Below are positions 47,153-57,132 of a stretch of DNA of 64,000 bases, one piece after another. Origin of the DNA: an uncultured Bacilli bacterium (lineage in GTDB: Bacteria > Bacillota_I > Bacilli_A > RF39 > UBA660); contig CAKOHV010000002.1 of NCBI GenBank assembly GCA_934086145.1, forward strand, positions 450-64,449, in the 5' to 3' direction. Position 1 is the stretch's first letter; each line of letters begins with the position of its first letter. The position numbers were made by a program, and so were the translations under genes. Below the pieces are notes generated by a model. The model saw nothing but the letters and a program-made list of their open reading frames with translations. It was not told where the DNA came from and ran no database searches.

Positions 47153-48223
47153 CTATTCCTCTACATGTTCTATTAAATCTAAATCAACACTATTAATTGA
47201 ATCAAATCTTTTGGTTATTTTTTCCGTTGTAATATTAATATCTTTAATATCTTTAGTAACCGTATCAATACTTCTTGTTAACTTATCCCATCTTTCACGA
47301 TATTTCATAAATTCTCTACTTAATTTACTTAACTCTAAATGTATAACTTGGGCATATTTATCTCTTTCAATATTTTTCAAAATCATTTGAATAATTGTTA
47401 ATGTACTCATCAAAGTCGTCGGACTAGTTAACCAAACTTTTTTTTCATAAGAATACTTCAACAATTCAGGATGATAAGCATTGATTTCCGCAAAAATAGC
47501 TTCTGCTGGTAAAAACATTATAGCCTCATTAGCTGTTTCGCCAGGAATAATATATTTACTACTAATAGCATCAATATGCTTTTTAACATCTGCTTTAAAC
47601 ATTTTAGTTGCTAACTCCCTTTCAGCACTTGAAAGGCTACGATCCGTCATTCGTTCATAATTTTCAAGCGGAAACTTACTATCAATACAAATAGTTCCTA
47701 AAGGTTGCGGAGCAAATATTATTGAATCAGCAATATAACCATTACTCATCAAATGTTGAATATCATAAACTTTACCTTTCTTTTCGCCAAAAACACTAGT
47801 TAGTATATAATTCAAATTAACTTCCCCAAAAATACCACGAGTTTTTTTATCAGTTAAAACACTTTGTAAACTAACAATCTCCGTCGATAAACTGTCAATT
47901 TTCTTTTGTGCTTCATCAATTCTTGTTAATCTTTCTAAAATATTATTAAATGTTTTATTTGTCTTCTCAAAATTTTGATCAATTCTTTCATTAACTTTTT
48001 CATTAATTAATAATAATTTATCTTCAACATTTTGATTTAATTTATTAAAATCCTCAACTAAAAACTTGCTTATATCAAACTTAAAATTATTTAAGTCATT
48101 ATTAACATTTTTTTCTAACTTTCCTAATCTTTCAATTAAATCATTTTGACTATCTTTCTTCGTATAAACTAAAATCAACAATATTATTATTACAATTAAT
48201 AATATTAAAATAACAAAATCCAT
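47153..48223 (-). CDS. rmuC: DNA recombination protein RmuC
   Basis: N-terminal TM, a coiled coil, then TRGIFGEVNLNYIL...IADSIIFAPQPLGTICIDSKFPLENY, the RmuC core. Confidence 0.85.
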   Translation of the reverse strand: MDFVILILLIVIIILLILVYTKKDSQNDLIERLGKLEKNVNNDLNNFKFDISKFLVEDFNKLNQNVEDKLLLINEKVNERIDQNFEKTNKTFNNILERLTRIDEAQKKIDSLSTEIVSLQSVLTDKKTRGIFGEVNLNYILTSVFGEKKGKVYDIQHLMSNGYIADSIIFAPQPLGTICIDSKFPLENYERMTDRSLSSAERELATKMFKADVKKHIDAISSKYIIPGETANEAIMFLPAEAIFAEINAYHPELLKYSYEKKVWLTSPTTLMSTLTIIQMILKNIERDKYAQVIHLELSKLSREFMKYRERWDKLTRSIDTVTKDIKDINITTEKITKRFDSINSVDLDLIEHVEE

Positions 48224-48225
48224 AA

Positions 48226-48816
48226 TTAAACCCTTTCATCAAAATTAAACTTTTTATTAACAACTAAACTTATTAAATAAGCTATAACTACTAAGATTAA
48301 AACTTTTAAGAAAGCTAATGGATTGGTCAAACTTTGAATTAAGCTTGTTCCAACAAACCCCCAAAAGATAATTGTAAATAATTTGCTGATTAACAAAGCA
48401 TACAAGAATTTTCTAGTTTTTATCTTCGATAATCCAGCCCCTAAATTTATAAAAAAAGAAGGTGTAAAAGGAATCGCCATTAGAAGAACTAAATTGGAAA
48501 ACTTGATGTTATCAACAATTTTCATAAATTTCTTTATTTGTTCTTTATCATCAATAAAACGATAAAAAAAGGCTCTAACTCCTTTACGAAAAAGGAAAAA
48601 AGTTAGCATACATCCAATTACTGTACAAATCCACGAAATGATTGTTCCAAAAACGGGCCCTAAAGTCATAAAATTAATTGTTACAAAAACAAATAATGGT
48701 AAAAAAGCTAAAACGCCCTCTAAAATTACTAAAAGTGAACTAAGTACTGGAGCCCATATTCCTGCATGTAACAAAAAGTTATTCAACCATAAATTTATAC
48801 CTTCTAAAAATTCCAT
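48226..48816 (-). CDS. TVP38/TMEM64 (DedA-related, VTT domain) membrane protein
   Basis: Polytopic protein of about 196 aa with a family-typical layout. The call comes from overall pattern rather than a strict motif. Confidence 0.55.
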   Translation of the reverse strand: MEFLEGINLWLNNFLLHAGIWAPVLSSLLVILEGVLAFLPLFVFVTINFMTLGPVFGTIISWICTVIGCMLTFFLFRKGVRAFFYRFIDDKEQIKKFMKIVDNIKFSNLVLLMAIPFTPSFFINLGAGLSKIKTRKFLYALLISKLFTIIFWGFVGTSLIQSLTNPLAFLKVLILVVIAYLISLVVNKKFNFDERV

Positions 48817-48881
48817 AATCATCACACTCTAATTATAAGTTAAACAATAATAAAAGACAATAAACCAATCAAAATTTGACG

Positions 48882-48906
48882 TAAAAAAATACTATAAAAT
48901 AGTATT
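48882..48906 (-). terminator. Rho-independent terminator after the rhodanese gene
   Basis: On the minus strand: aatactat-ttt-atagtatt followed by a T7 run; it overlaps the stop codon. Confidence 0.6.
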
Positions 48907-49156
48907 AATTATTTTTATAAACTAAAGTTACATCGTAACCATAAAATTCCAAGACATTTACAGCTTTTCTTGACTTAACTCCACCATTACAATAAATAAA
49001 ATATTTTTTATTTTTATCTAATAATTCTTTATGATTTATTAACAATCTTTCATAAGGAATATTAATAGCATCAGCTACAACATTACTATTATTATAATTA
49101 ATATCAATAAAAGTTCCCATTTCTTTTTTATAATCTTTTAATAAAATTTTTTTCAC
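48905..49156 (-). CDS. Rhodanese-like domain protein (short)
   Basis: 83 aa with the active-site-loop-like YCNGGVKSRKA. GTG start after TAGGTGAAG. Confidence 0.6.
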   Translation of the reverse strand: MKKILLKDYKKEMGTFIDINYNNSNVVADAINIPYERLLINHKELLDKNKKYFIYCNGGVKSRKAVNVLEFYGYDVTLVYKNN

Positions 49157-49189
49157 TTTACTTCACCTACTATAATTTATGTTGAAAGT

Positions 49190-49215
49190 CAAAAAAAGAG
49201 ATGATTAATCATCTC
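49190..49215 (-). terminator. Rho-independent terminator at the end of the T4SS operon
   Basis: On the minus strand: gagatga-ttaa-tcatctc followed by a T7 run. It includes the coupling-protein stop codon. Confidence 0.65.
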
Positions 49216-52096
49216 CAAAAAAGTCATCAAAGAATTCATCATCAGATATTATGTTATTATCATTTTTAACATCATCAACACTCATGTTTACATTAGGTTT
49301 TTCTTCTAACACTTCAACTTTTGGTTGAATTTTTTCATCTAACACTTCTGGTTGTGATGGCATAATATTCTGATTATAAATATTTAAATTATTATTTAAA
49401 CGTTCATTAGATGTTCTTAACCTATCTTGACTCGTTTCAACACGAGGGATGCTATCAACAAACTTATCGGTTTCATCACGAATATCATCAGCATTTTTAA
49501 CATCATCTTTTAAATTTTCCATTATATTAGGAATTGTATTATAAATATTATATTTCTCTGAATTATCAACTGTTTTAACATTATTGGTACTATAATTAGG
49601 TTTTAAAACATCAACATTTTCAACCTTTGGTAATCCTGAACTAAAATCATAATCATCATCTTCAACAGGACTACTTGTAGCAACAGCGATATTAGATAAA
49701 TCATTACTAACATTAATTTCTGGTTTTGGATACTCGGTTGTATTACTAAAGATATTAAAAGAATTAGTATTTTCTGGTTTTCTATTATCCATATAATTAG
49801 GTTCATTATTCCCAGTAGTATTAGAATAACTTGGTTTAACTTCTTCAACTTTAGCTTCCTTTACAATTGGTTTTGGTTGTACTCCAACTTCTTTTGGCAA
49901 TATAACCTCTTCGGGCTTAGCAAACTCTTCTTTAGAAGAAGATGGTTTACTATCAAACCCAAAATTATCTATTGATTTTAGAAAATCATCAATTGAATCA
50001 TTCTTTGGCAAAATCGGTTCTTCCTTCTTCACTGGTAATGAATCGACAAAATTATCTGTTGCTAAAGAAGGACTAGGTTTAGCCCCAACAATTGGTAAAT
50101 CTTTCGGTGTCTCTGAGGCTTTAGGAATAGATGCATTATCTTTAAGAGCATCTTGTTTCTTTTTCGCTTCTTCTTTTTGACGTGCCTCTTCAGCATCTAA
50201 TTCAGCAATCTTTTTATCGATATCACGCATCATAGCGTCTAAATCAAAACCACCAGTTCCTCCACCAAATGGAGAAGTATCTTTCGGAGTTCCAAATGGT
50301 GAAAAAGGATCTTTAGCACTACCTCCCCCAAAAGGATTAGCCCCAAATGGTGATGGAGCCTTAGAAGCATTATTATCTAAATCATTAATCATTTTTTGAC
50401 GTTTCTTTTCTTTTACAAAAGTTTTAACATCAAATTTTTGTACTTCTTTTACTTGTCTAACAGGATATGTACCTTCTATATGTTCATGTCCCCAATTCAT
50501 CTTAAAATTAGGTGTATATTTCGTCTTAAATGGCGATAAACGCCATCTAATAATAATTGCTTCAAATAATTTTAACTTTTGCAAATCTGTAACAGTTACC
50601 AATGGTGTAGAAGCTGTTTTATCCTTTTCGTCAGATTTTACTTCACCACACATCTTACTAATTTCTTCCAAAGCCGCTAACTCTGTACTGATAAGATAAA
50701 CTAAGTTACCACAGTTACCTTTTATAGTTTCAGCATTTTCAGGACCATAAACACTCTTCAACTGCGCAAAGTTTTGAATAATAAAAGTAAATCGAATCGC
50801 ACGTGAACGAGCTGCTGTAACCATGGTCGTAACATCCTTTAATGGTGGCATATTTGCAAACTCATCCAAAATAAAGTTTGTACGATAAGGTAATTTACCA
50901 CCATTAGCTTGAGCAACATCAATTAAAGTTTCATAACATTGTTTGATAAAAATTGTTGCTAAACCATGATAAGTAGTCTTTTCATCTTGAATTACAATAA
51001 AAACAGCCGTTTTTTGTTTTCCAATATCACGCATATCAAAATCACTATAAGCTAACATTTCTGATAAATTATCACGTGATGCAAATAATCTTATTTTTTG
51101 TCTAAATACAGATAAAATTCCACCTTTTGTTTCATTTGGTGAATTAATTGTATTTGATGCAAAAACATAAGCATTAGAATCTTCACCCTTTAAAGTAAAA
51201 TATTCTTTAATATAAGTACTAGCTGCAAATTTATCTTCACCTACTGTGCTCATATAGTTAATTGAGTTAAGGTTTATCTCTGGTTCTTTAGCATCTTCAA
51301 ATAAACCTAAAGCTAACCCTGAGAAGTAGTCTGCTGCTGATTTTTCCCAGAATGGTTCACCTTTGTTATTAGGATCATATAAAATATTTAAAGCAACGTC
51401 ATCTAGTAACTCTGTTGCTTTATCTTTATTACCATCAGTATAGTATTGATAAGGTAAAGTTAAAGGATTCCATGCATTACCATTTTGTGGTTCACGGAAA
51501 TTTAAAATTATAACTTTATAACCACGTTCTTTCATATAAACACTGGCAGCTTTATAAAGTTCGCCTTTAGGGTCAGTAATTATCATACTTTCGCCTTTTT
51601 TTATCAAAAGTTCTACCATTGGTTCAACAACCGTTTGTGATTTACCTGAACCAGTAGCACCAATTACTAAGTTATGGTACTCACCATTATCAACCCATAG
51701 TCTTTTTCCATCATTAACAAGCGGTATTCCAGCATACTTAGATTCCTGTTCTAATGGGTCAACAATCTCAACTCCCTTATCATTCTTTATTTCTTTATCT
51801 TTTGACCAACGTGAATAACCTTTTTCTTGTTTATCAGCAATTTCAAAACCAATTCCTTTTTTCTTTTCAAAAACAGACTTTGAAACACTTGTAAAAATCA
51901 AGACTAAAAAGATAACAAATAAAAGCATTGTTGTTCCTAAATAATCTTTAAAGGCCGGAAAAGGATTCAAGCCATAAAAAGATCCTTCCGCATTAAAATA
52001 AGTTATATTCGTAACTGCTAGTCCACACAAATATAATAACAAGAGAATAAAGATACCAAACATAATAAGATCTTTACTCGATATACGAAATTTCAT
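49205..52096 (-). CDS. virD4: Type IV coupling protein (VirD4/TraG family) with a C-terminal low-complexity tail of about 390 aa
   Basis: Two N-terminal TM helices, Walker A GATGSGKSQT, DPKGELY, Walker B NFILDEFANMP. The tail has PFG repeats and N/D/S/P/K-rich sequence. ATG at 52096 after GGGGTGA. Confidence 0.85.
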   Translation of the reverse strand: MKFRISSKDLIMFGIFILLLLYLCGLAVTNITYFNAEGSFYGLNPFPAFKDYLGTTMLLFVIFLVLIFTSVSKSVFEKKKGIGFEIADKQEKGYSRWSKDKEIKNDKGVEIVDPLEQESKYAGIPLVNDGKRLWVDNGEYHNLVIGATGSGKSQTVVEPMVELLIKKGESMIITDPKGELYKAASVYMKERGYKVIILNFREPQNGNAWNPLTLPYQYYTDGNKDKATELLDDVALNILYDPNNKGEPFWEKSAADYFSGLALGLFEDAKEPEINLNSINYMSTVGEDKFAASTYIKEYFTLKGEDSNAYVFASNTINSPNETKGGILSVFRQKIRLFASRDNLSEMLAYSDFDMRDIGKQKTAVFIVIQDEKTTYHGLATIFIKQCYETLIDVAQANGGKLPYRTNFILDEFANMPPLKDVTTMVTAARSRAIRFTFIIQNFAQLKSVYGPENAETIKGNCGNLVYLISTELAALEEISKMCGEVKSDEKDKTASTPLVTVTDLQKLKLFEAIIIRWRLSPFKTKYTPNFKMNWGHEHIEGTYPVRQVKEVQKFDVKTFVKEKKRQKMINDLDNNASKAPSPFGANPFGGGSAKDPFSPFGTPKDTSPFGGGTGGFDLDAMMRDIDKKIAELDAEEARQKEEAKKKQDALKDNASIPKASETPKDLPIVGAKPSPSLATDNFVDSLPVKKEEPILPKNDSIDDFLKSIDNFGFDSKPSSSKEEFAKPEEVILPKEVGVQPKPIVKEAKVEEVKPSYSNTTGNNEPNYMDNRKPENTNSFNIFSNTTEYPKPEINVSNDLSNIAVATSSPVEDDDYDFSSGLPKVENVDVLKPNYSTNNVKTVDNSEKYNIYNTIPNIMENLKDDVKNADDIRDETDKFVDSIPRVETSQDRLRTSNERLNNNLNIYNQNIMPSQPEVLDEKIQPKVEVLEEKPNVNMSVDDVKNDNNIISDDEFFDDFFGDD

Positions 52097-52161
52097 GTCA
52101 TTAATCACCCCAAATATATGAATATATTATACTACACAAAATAATTATAATCTATTAATAA

Positions 52162-52902
52162 TTATTTATATTTTCGACTACTAACTTTAGTAATCAGCAC
52201 AACTACTATTAAGAGCAACAATATGGCTCCGATAGCACATAAAATAGCATATTCTTTCTTTATTTTTTCATCTTCACTTTTATCTTTTTTAGTATCATCA
52301 ATTGTTGTAGCTTCATCTTTTTTAGTACTTAATTTTAAATAAATATTTTTTTTATTGTCACTTTGTGTAAACGTCCAATAATATATATCACCTTTTTTAG
52401 AATCAGCATTATTTTCTAAGACTTTTAATTTAGTCTTAACTTTAATCGTTACACTATCTAAATTACTATAATTTTTTAAATAAATTATGCCATTATTGTC
52501 AGTAAACAAAGTTAAAGTCTTGGCTTGATTGTCTTTTTCAAGATAAGCAGATACAAATGATGTTTTTACACTTCGAGCTTTATTATAATTACTTACCGAA
52601 AATTTATTTTTGTAACTAAATAAATAACCATTATCAATTTCTTTCATTGTTTGTTCATAGTAACTTACTCCCGATAAAGCAACATCAGGTTCTGTATCAG
52701 CAACATTAACATCATTATAGATTGGTACATATTTTCTAAAAATACCTTTTAAACTTTCCTTTGTATTATATTGATCAACCAAGGCCGTAATATTTATTTC
52801 TTCTACTACCTTATTTTCATCAATTTCCAAAGTTACATCAGCACTACAACCACAAAGAAATAACATCATAACAAACAGTAATATAGCTTTTCTTTTTTTC
52901 AT
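52162..52902 (-). CDS. T4SS-associated lipoprotein with additional C-terminal TM anchor
   Basis: Lipobox LFLCGC, a soluble domain of about 190 aa, a K/D/E linker, and TM CAIGAILLLLIVVVLITKV. It occupies the PrgL/VirB8-like slot between hydrolase and coupling protein. Confidence 0.6.
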   Translation of the reverse strand: MKKRKAILLFVMMLFLCGCSADVTLEIDENKVVEEINITALVDQYNTKESLKGIFRKYVPIYNDVNVADTEPDVALSGVSYYEQTMKEIDNGYLFSYKNKFSVSNYNKARSVKTSFVSAYLEKDNQAKTLTLFTDNNGIIYLKNYSNLDSVTIKVKTKLKVLENNADSKKGDIYYWTFTQSDNKKNIYLKLSTKKDEATTIDDTKKDKSEDEKIKKEYAILCAIGAILLLLIVVVLITKVSSRKYK

Positions 52903-52906
52903 CTTC

Positions 52907-55273
52907 TTATCCCCTCACATTGGCCGAATTATTATAATATCCATCCATTTTAACCCCCCAATATCCAGGTGATGAGAAACCTCTTTTAGTAAATAAAACT
53001 CCACTAGTATTTCCCATTGCTTCTGCACATATATAATGTTTAGTTTCTTCATCAATCCCAACAATCAAAACAATATGCCCATTAGACTCAAGTAAATCTC
53101 CTGGTTCTAAAACTGCACTATCAGTCAAAACAACTTTTTGAACACCCGACATATTTTGGAATTGGTTCGCCAAAATAGCCCAAGACATATTAAATCCCCC
53201 GTTATGAATAGTCCAGGAAACAAAACCAGAGCAATCAAAACCACAATAGTTATATGACTGACTATTAGCATACGTATGACAAGCTGTACTACCCCAATTG
53301 GCTTTTGCATAGTCATTAATGGGTCCTTCATGACCGCCACCCCAATAATAAGGTATTTTAACTTGATAATTATTACCGAGCTCAGCAATCAACGTAACCG
53401 CCGCTGCCACAACACCAGCCCTTGTTCCATATCCAGCCTTTTTAACATTCTTTTCAATCAAACTATTAAATTCTTCTAAACTTGTTCCCTTACTACTTAA
53501 AAATGACGATAAGTCTTGATGTAAAATTTCATTCCCATCACTAGAAATAGTATAATCACCATAATCAATATTTCCAGCACTATTTGAATGACACTTAGCT
53601 GAACTAAAATCACTTACATTATAAACACTTTGTAAGATTTGTTCATAAGACTTTCCTTCATTAGCCATATTTATAAATTGACTAGACTTCGTACTATTAT
53701 AACTAGTAGCATAAACATTTCCCGTTGAATCAAGTAAGACTTTTCCTTTAACATCTTCTGCTAAAGCTAATACTTCTGTCTTACGTTGCTCACTTAAAGC
53801 ACTTTTCCATAATGTTCCACTTTTAATTTCTGGTGAATAAATTGAAATTTTTCCTCTATCCAAACGATAAATATCTTTCTCGTAATCCCAATAAACTTGA
53901 TCCTGCTCACAAGCACGCATTCTTATTTTTTTAGTCGTTGTATTATATCCATAGAAACAAGAATCAGGGTTGCCTGGACACATTCCACTATTTCTTGTAA
54001 GTGCAAAGTTACGCGCTGCCACAATTTGTGCTTTGATAGCTTCATCAGGTGAATTTGGTCCAATCTCAGCCAAAGCAACTCCTAAAGTATACTTTTCAAA
54101 ATCAATCGTTTCTAAAACGGTATAATTTCCTTGTGTTGCATCACAATTAACAAGTTCAACTTTAACATCATCTAAAGAAACATTACCCGTATTAGTAACA
54201 CCTCTTAAATCATAAGTACATTGTGTTCCAGAATTTCTTTTTTTACTATTACCGGATGAACCAGCCCCAAGGCAAACAAATAAAATAAGAAGAAAAAGAA
54301 TTAAAAAACCTATTATAAACCAAGCAAAAGGATTAGTAAGTAAAAAGTGTTTTAAGGCTCCAAGAGCAGCCTTAGCAGCCATCCTAAAAGGATTACTGGC
54401 ACCTTCCTTAATATTGTTTGTTTTACTTAAAAGACTACCAACTTTTCCTTTAATACCACCACTTTTTTTACTACTTGAGCCATCACTACCACTAGAAGTT
54501 CCAGCAGCATCTCCACTCTTTTTATTGCCAAACTTATTTAAGAAGCCCTTACTTGAAGTGCCTTCTTCTTCAGCACGGCCCTCTTTCATTTTTTTCCCGA
54601 AAGAAAAATTTTTTCGATTCAATTCATCACGTTTAGAATTAGCACGCGAATCTTTGGAATATCCGTTACCAAAAGGCTCACTACCATTCATATTAGAACG
54701 AATACGTGAAGCAGGAGAATTATCGCGAACTGGAACAGAATCTTTTCCAGTCCCCCCAGGATTAGCCTCATTATTACCTTTGGCTTGATTATCTGAAGCT
54801 CCATTTGCTAAAGCTGCCGGCCCAGTTAAAGCTTTCGCTTCTTCATCATTTTCATTCTTTTTTTTATTTTCATCATCATCTTTTTTTGAAGGATCAGCCT
54901 CTTTATTAGCAGAATCAGGACTGGATACTTTATCACCATTCAAATTATTATTTTCGCCGACATTTTTATTATATCCATTTCTTACAGGTCTTCCAAAAGG
55001 ATAAGGTTGATAACTAGAACCTCCATCATCAAAGTCATCTAGTGAAGCAGAATCATCCTGCGGAATATAATCATCAGCCTCCCCATATTGGTTATCAGCA
55101 TCCATATTATGTAAAATATTATTTAAAATAATATCACTTTGTTCATCATCATTATAATCATCAAAGCCAACTTGCGAAGCCAATGAAGAAAGAATTTCTT
55201 GTTCACTTAAGCCATTAGGTACACTTAGCCCTAATTTTTTTGCTATTTCTTTTGTATCATCATTTAGAGCCAC
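52907..55273 (-). CDS. T4SS peptidoglycan hydrolase: disordered N-terminus + TM + SpoIID/LytB-like domain + NlpC/P60 endopeptidase
   Basis: YTLGVALAEIGPNSPDEAIKAQIVAARNFALTR is a SpoIID-type signature. The C-terminal YYWGGGH...GFDCSGFVSW...GHIVLIVG carries the NlpC/P60 Cys-His. TM at FAWFIIGFLILFLLILFVCLG. Confidence 0.8.
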   Translation of the reverse strand: MALNDDTKEIAKKLGLSVPNGLSEQEILSSLASQVGFDDYNDDEQSDIILNNILHNMDADNQYGEADDYIPQDDSASLDDFDDGGSSYQPYPFGRPVRNGYNKNVGENNNLNGDKVSSPDSANKEADPSKKDDDENKKKNENDEEAKALTGPAALANGASDNQAKGNNEANPGGTGKDSVPVRDNSPASRIRSNMNGSEPFGNGYSKDSRANSKRDELNRKNFSFGKKMKEGRAEEEGTSSKGFLNKFGNKKSGDAAGTSSGSDGSSSKKSGGIKGKVGSLLSKTNNIKEGASNPFRMAAKAALGALKHFLLTNPFAWFIIGFLILFLLILFVCLGAGSSGNSKKRNSGTQCTYDLRGVTNTGNVSLDDVKVELVNCDATQGNYTVLETIDFEKYTLGVALAEIGPNSPDEAIKAQIVAARNFALTRNSGMCPGNPDSCFYGYNTTTKKIRMRACEQDQVYWDYEKDIYRLDRGKISIYSPEIKSGTLWKSALSEQRKTEVLALAEDVKGKVLLDSTGNVYATSYNSTKSSQFINMANEGKSYEQILQSVYNVSDFSSAKCHSNSAGNIDYGDYTISSDGNEILHQDLSSFLSSKGTSLEEFNSLIEKNVKKAGYGTRAGVVAAAVTLIAELGNNYQVKIPYYWGGGHEGPINDYAKANWGSTACHTYANSQSYNYCGFDCSGFVSWTIHNGGFNMSWAILANQFQNMSGVQKVVLTDSAVLEPGDLLESNGHIVLIVGIDEETKHYICAEAMGNTSGVLFTKRGFSSPGYWGVKMDGYYNNSANVRG

Positions 55274-55347
55274 ACAACCACCACCTAATTAACAACTACT
55301 TAGAGTATATCACAAAAAAAGCATAAAAAAAAGCTAGTAACAGATTA

Positions 55348-57132
55348 CTATAATCCGCCACCGGCTCCAAATGAATCAAGTTCTTCTTGTGTACATATAA
55401 TTCTAATACGCATTCGTCGACTACCACATATAAATAAGGCATCTCCTTGATTATAATATTTAATACTATCCATTTCACTTTCGTTTAAGTCAACAAGTAA
55501 CGATAAATCCTCAACAGCTTGCTTTTTCAAGTTCATAACTAAATAGTAAGCTGCATTATCAAAAATAGCTTTACCATGCATAATTAAGTTTGGTGCAGCA
55601 AAGTCTGTTGGTTGTTGTGTAATAATAACCGTTCCTGTATTATACTTTCTTGCACGTCTTTGAATTTGCGCTAAGAACTCCGCCCCTAACTCATTTCTTG
55701 TTGATAATAAAACATGAGCTTCATCAACACACAAAACAGTGGTTGTTTCTTTATCTAAACATAAGCCCCAAGCAAATTTCAAGATGTTAAAGAATAAGGC
55801 ATTTCTAATATTCTCATCACTATTCATCAATTCTTTAATATTAAAAACAATAATATTACTATCAATTTTTAAAGTTGTATGTCCCGTAAAATAATATCTT
55901 AACTCACCTACTAAAGGACGAACCTTCAACTCAAGTCTTTCCATAATATCACGTTCACGTGTCTTTTCTGGCATTGATAATAAGCGACCTCTTATTGTTG
56001 CATAAACATCATCAAAAGTTGGAAAGTCTTGAGGTGTTAATTTAGAAAAGTCTGTATTAAAGTCTATTCGATATCTCTTATAAGTATCTTGAACTACTTC
56101 ACTAAACATCGCCAAAACATCTTCTTCAATAGATGGTGAATAATATTTCATAAAAGCTTTTAAAGATTGTAACCCTCTTGTTAATACAGTATACCCTAAG
56201 CCTTGTTCTAATTCTTCTTGGTCAGCATCAGCAACGATTTCCAATGGATTAATCATTCCATAGTCGCCACCTTTACCTAAGTCAAGGAAACTACCATTAA
56301 CATTTTTGCACATTTCCTCAAGTTCACCTTCAGGATCGACACAAATAACTTTATAACCATTTCTAATATGACTTCTAATTAATAATTTAGCAGCAGTTGA
56401 TTTACCACTACCAGATGTACCTAAAATAATCATATTAGCATTATTACGGTTATGTTCTTTCTTTAACTTAAATAAGAACTGATTAAATAAGATAACACCA
56501 CCTGAGAAATCAACACCTAATAAAGTTGAATCACCAGGGTCCTTAATACTATCGAAAACAAAAGGATACATTGCTGAAATAGTTACAGAAGGAATTGGCG
56601 TACCAATTCTTTCTTCAACGTCTTGTTTTGGGAAAATTGGAATCATTGATTTTAAAACTTTTTCTTGTTCAAACATCAGTGGAATGGCACGCATTCCTAA
56701 GGCATCAATATAACTCTTAACTTGCATTAAACGCATTTCTAATTCTTCTGGATTATCAGCAGTAATCATAACATGTAATTGAAAGTCGAAAATACGAGCT
56801 TGTGTAGCTGCTAACATTGAAATAAAACTTTCCAACGATTCATAATCTTGACGAATTCTTTCCTGAATTGTTTGGTCTTTTTCAGATTGATATCTCATCT
56901 TCAAGTCAGCTATTTCTTTATTTAACATTGATCTTAAAGTTGAAAATTCAATCGGAATATGTTTTGCAACAATTTTTACCCCAGCTAAATTAGTAAGATT
57001 AGCTAAAAAGCCTGGACTAATATATTTAGGATAACTAATAACCGACAAAATTGTTGCATTCTTACCACTTATTACGAAATCTTTATAATTAAATAAAATT
57101 CCTTTTGGCGCAATTTCACTTTTTAGATTCAT
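55348..57132 (-). CDS. virB4: VirB4-family T4SS ATPase, C-terminal (ATPase) part
   Basis: Walker A GTSGSGKST, VICVDPEGE, Walker B VLCVDEAHVLL, and IITQQPTDF. Confidence 0.85.
   Translation of the reverse strand: MNLKSEIAPKGILFNYKDFVISGKNATILSVISYPKYISPGFLANLTNLAGVKIVAKHIPIEFSTLRSMLNKEIADLKMRYQSEKDQTIQERIRQDYESLESFISMLAATQARIFDFQLHVMITADNPEELEMRLMQVKSYIDALGMRAIPLMFEQEKVLKSMIPIFPKQDVEERIGTPIPSVTISAMYPFVFDSIKDPGDSTLLGVDFSGGVILFNQFLFKLKKEHNRNNANMIILGTSGSGKSTAAKLLIRSHIRNGYKVICVDPEGELEEMCKNVNGSFLDLGKGGDYGMINPLEIVADADQEELEQGLGYTVLTRGLQSLKAFMKYYSPSIEEDVLAMFSEVVQDTYKRYRIDFNTDFSKLTPQDFPTFDDVYATIRGRLLSMPEKTRERDIMERLELKVRPLVGELRYYFTGHTTLKIDSNIIVFNIKELMNSDENIRNALFFNILKFAWGLCLDKETTTVLCVDEAHVLLSTRNELGAEFLAQIQRRARKYNTGTVIITQQPTDFAAPNLIMHGKAIFDNAAYYLVMNLKKQAVEDLSLLVDLNESEMDSIKYYNQGDALFICGSRRMRIRIICTQEELDSFGAGGGL

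Noticed and set aside
48226-49156. Rhodanese and DedA-like genes as cargo of the conjugative element
   Set aside because: Each is separated from the T4SS operon and from the other by its own stem-plus-U-run terminator (49190-49215 and 48882-48906). Their functions are ordinary chromosomal ones. Without comparative data I cannot place them inside the element.
55274-55347. Internal attenuator/promoter between VirB4 and the hydrolase gene
   Set aside because: A 5-bp hairpin followed by a T-run and a TGaTATACT extended -10-like sequence are present. In such AT-rich spacer these matches are weak and could easily be chance, so I did not call it as a feature.
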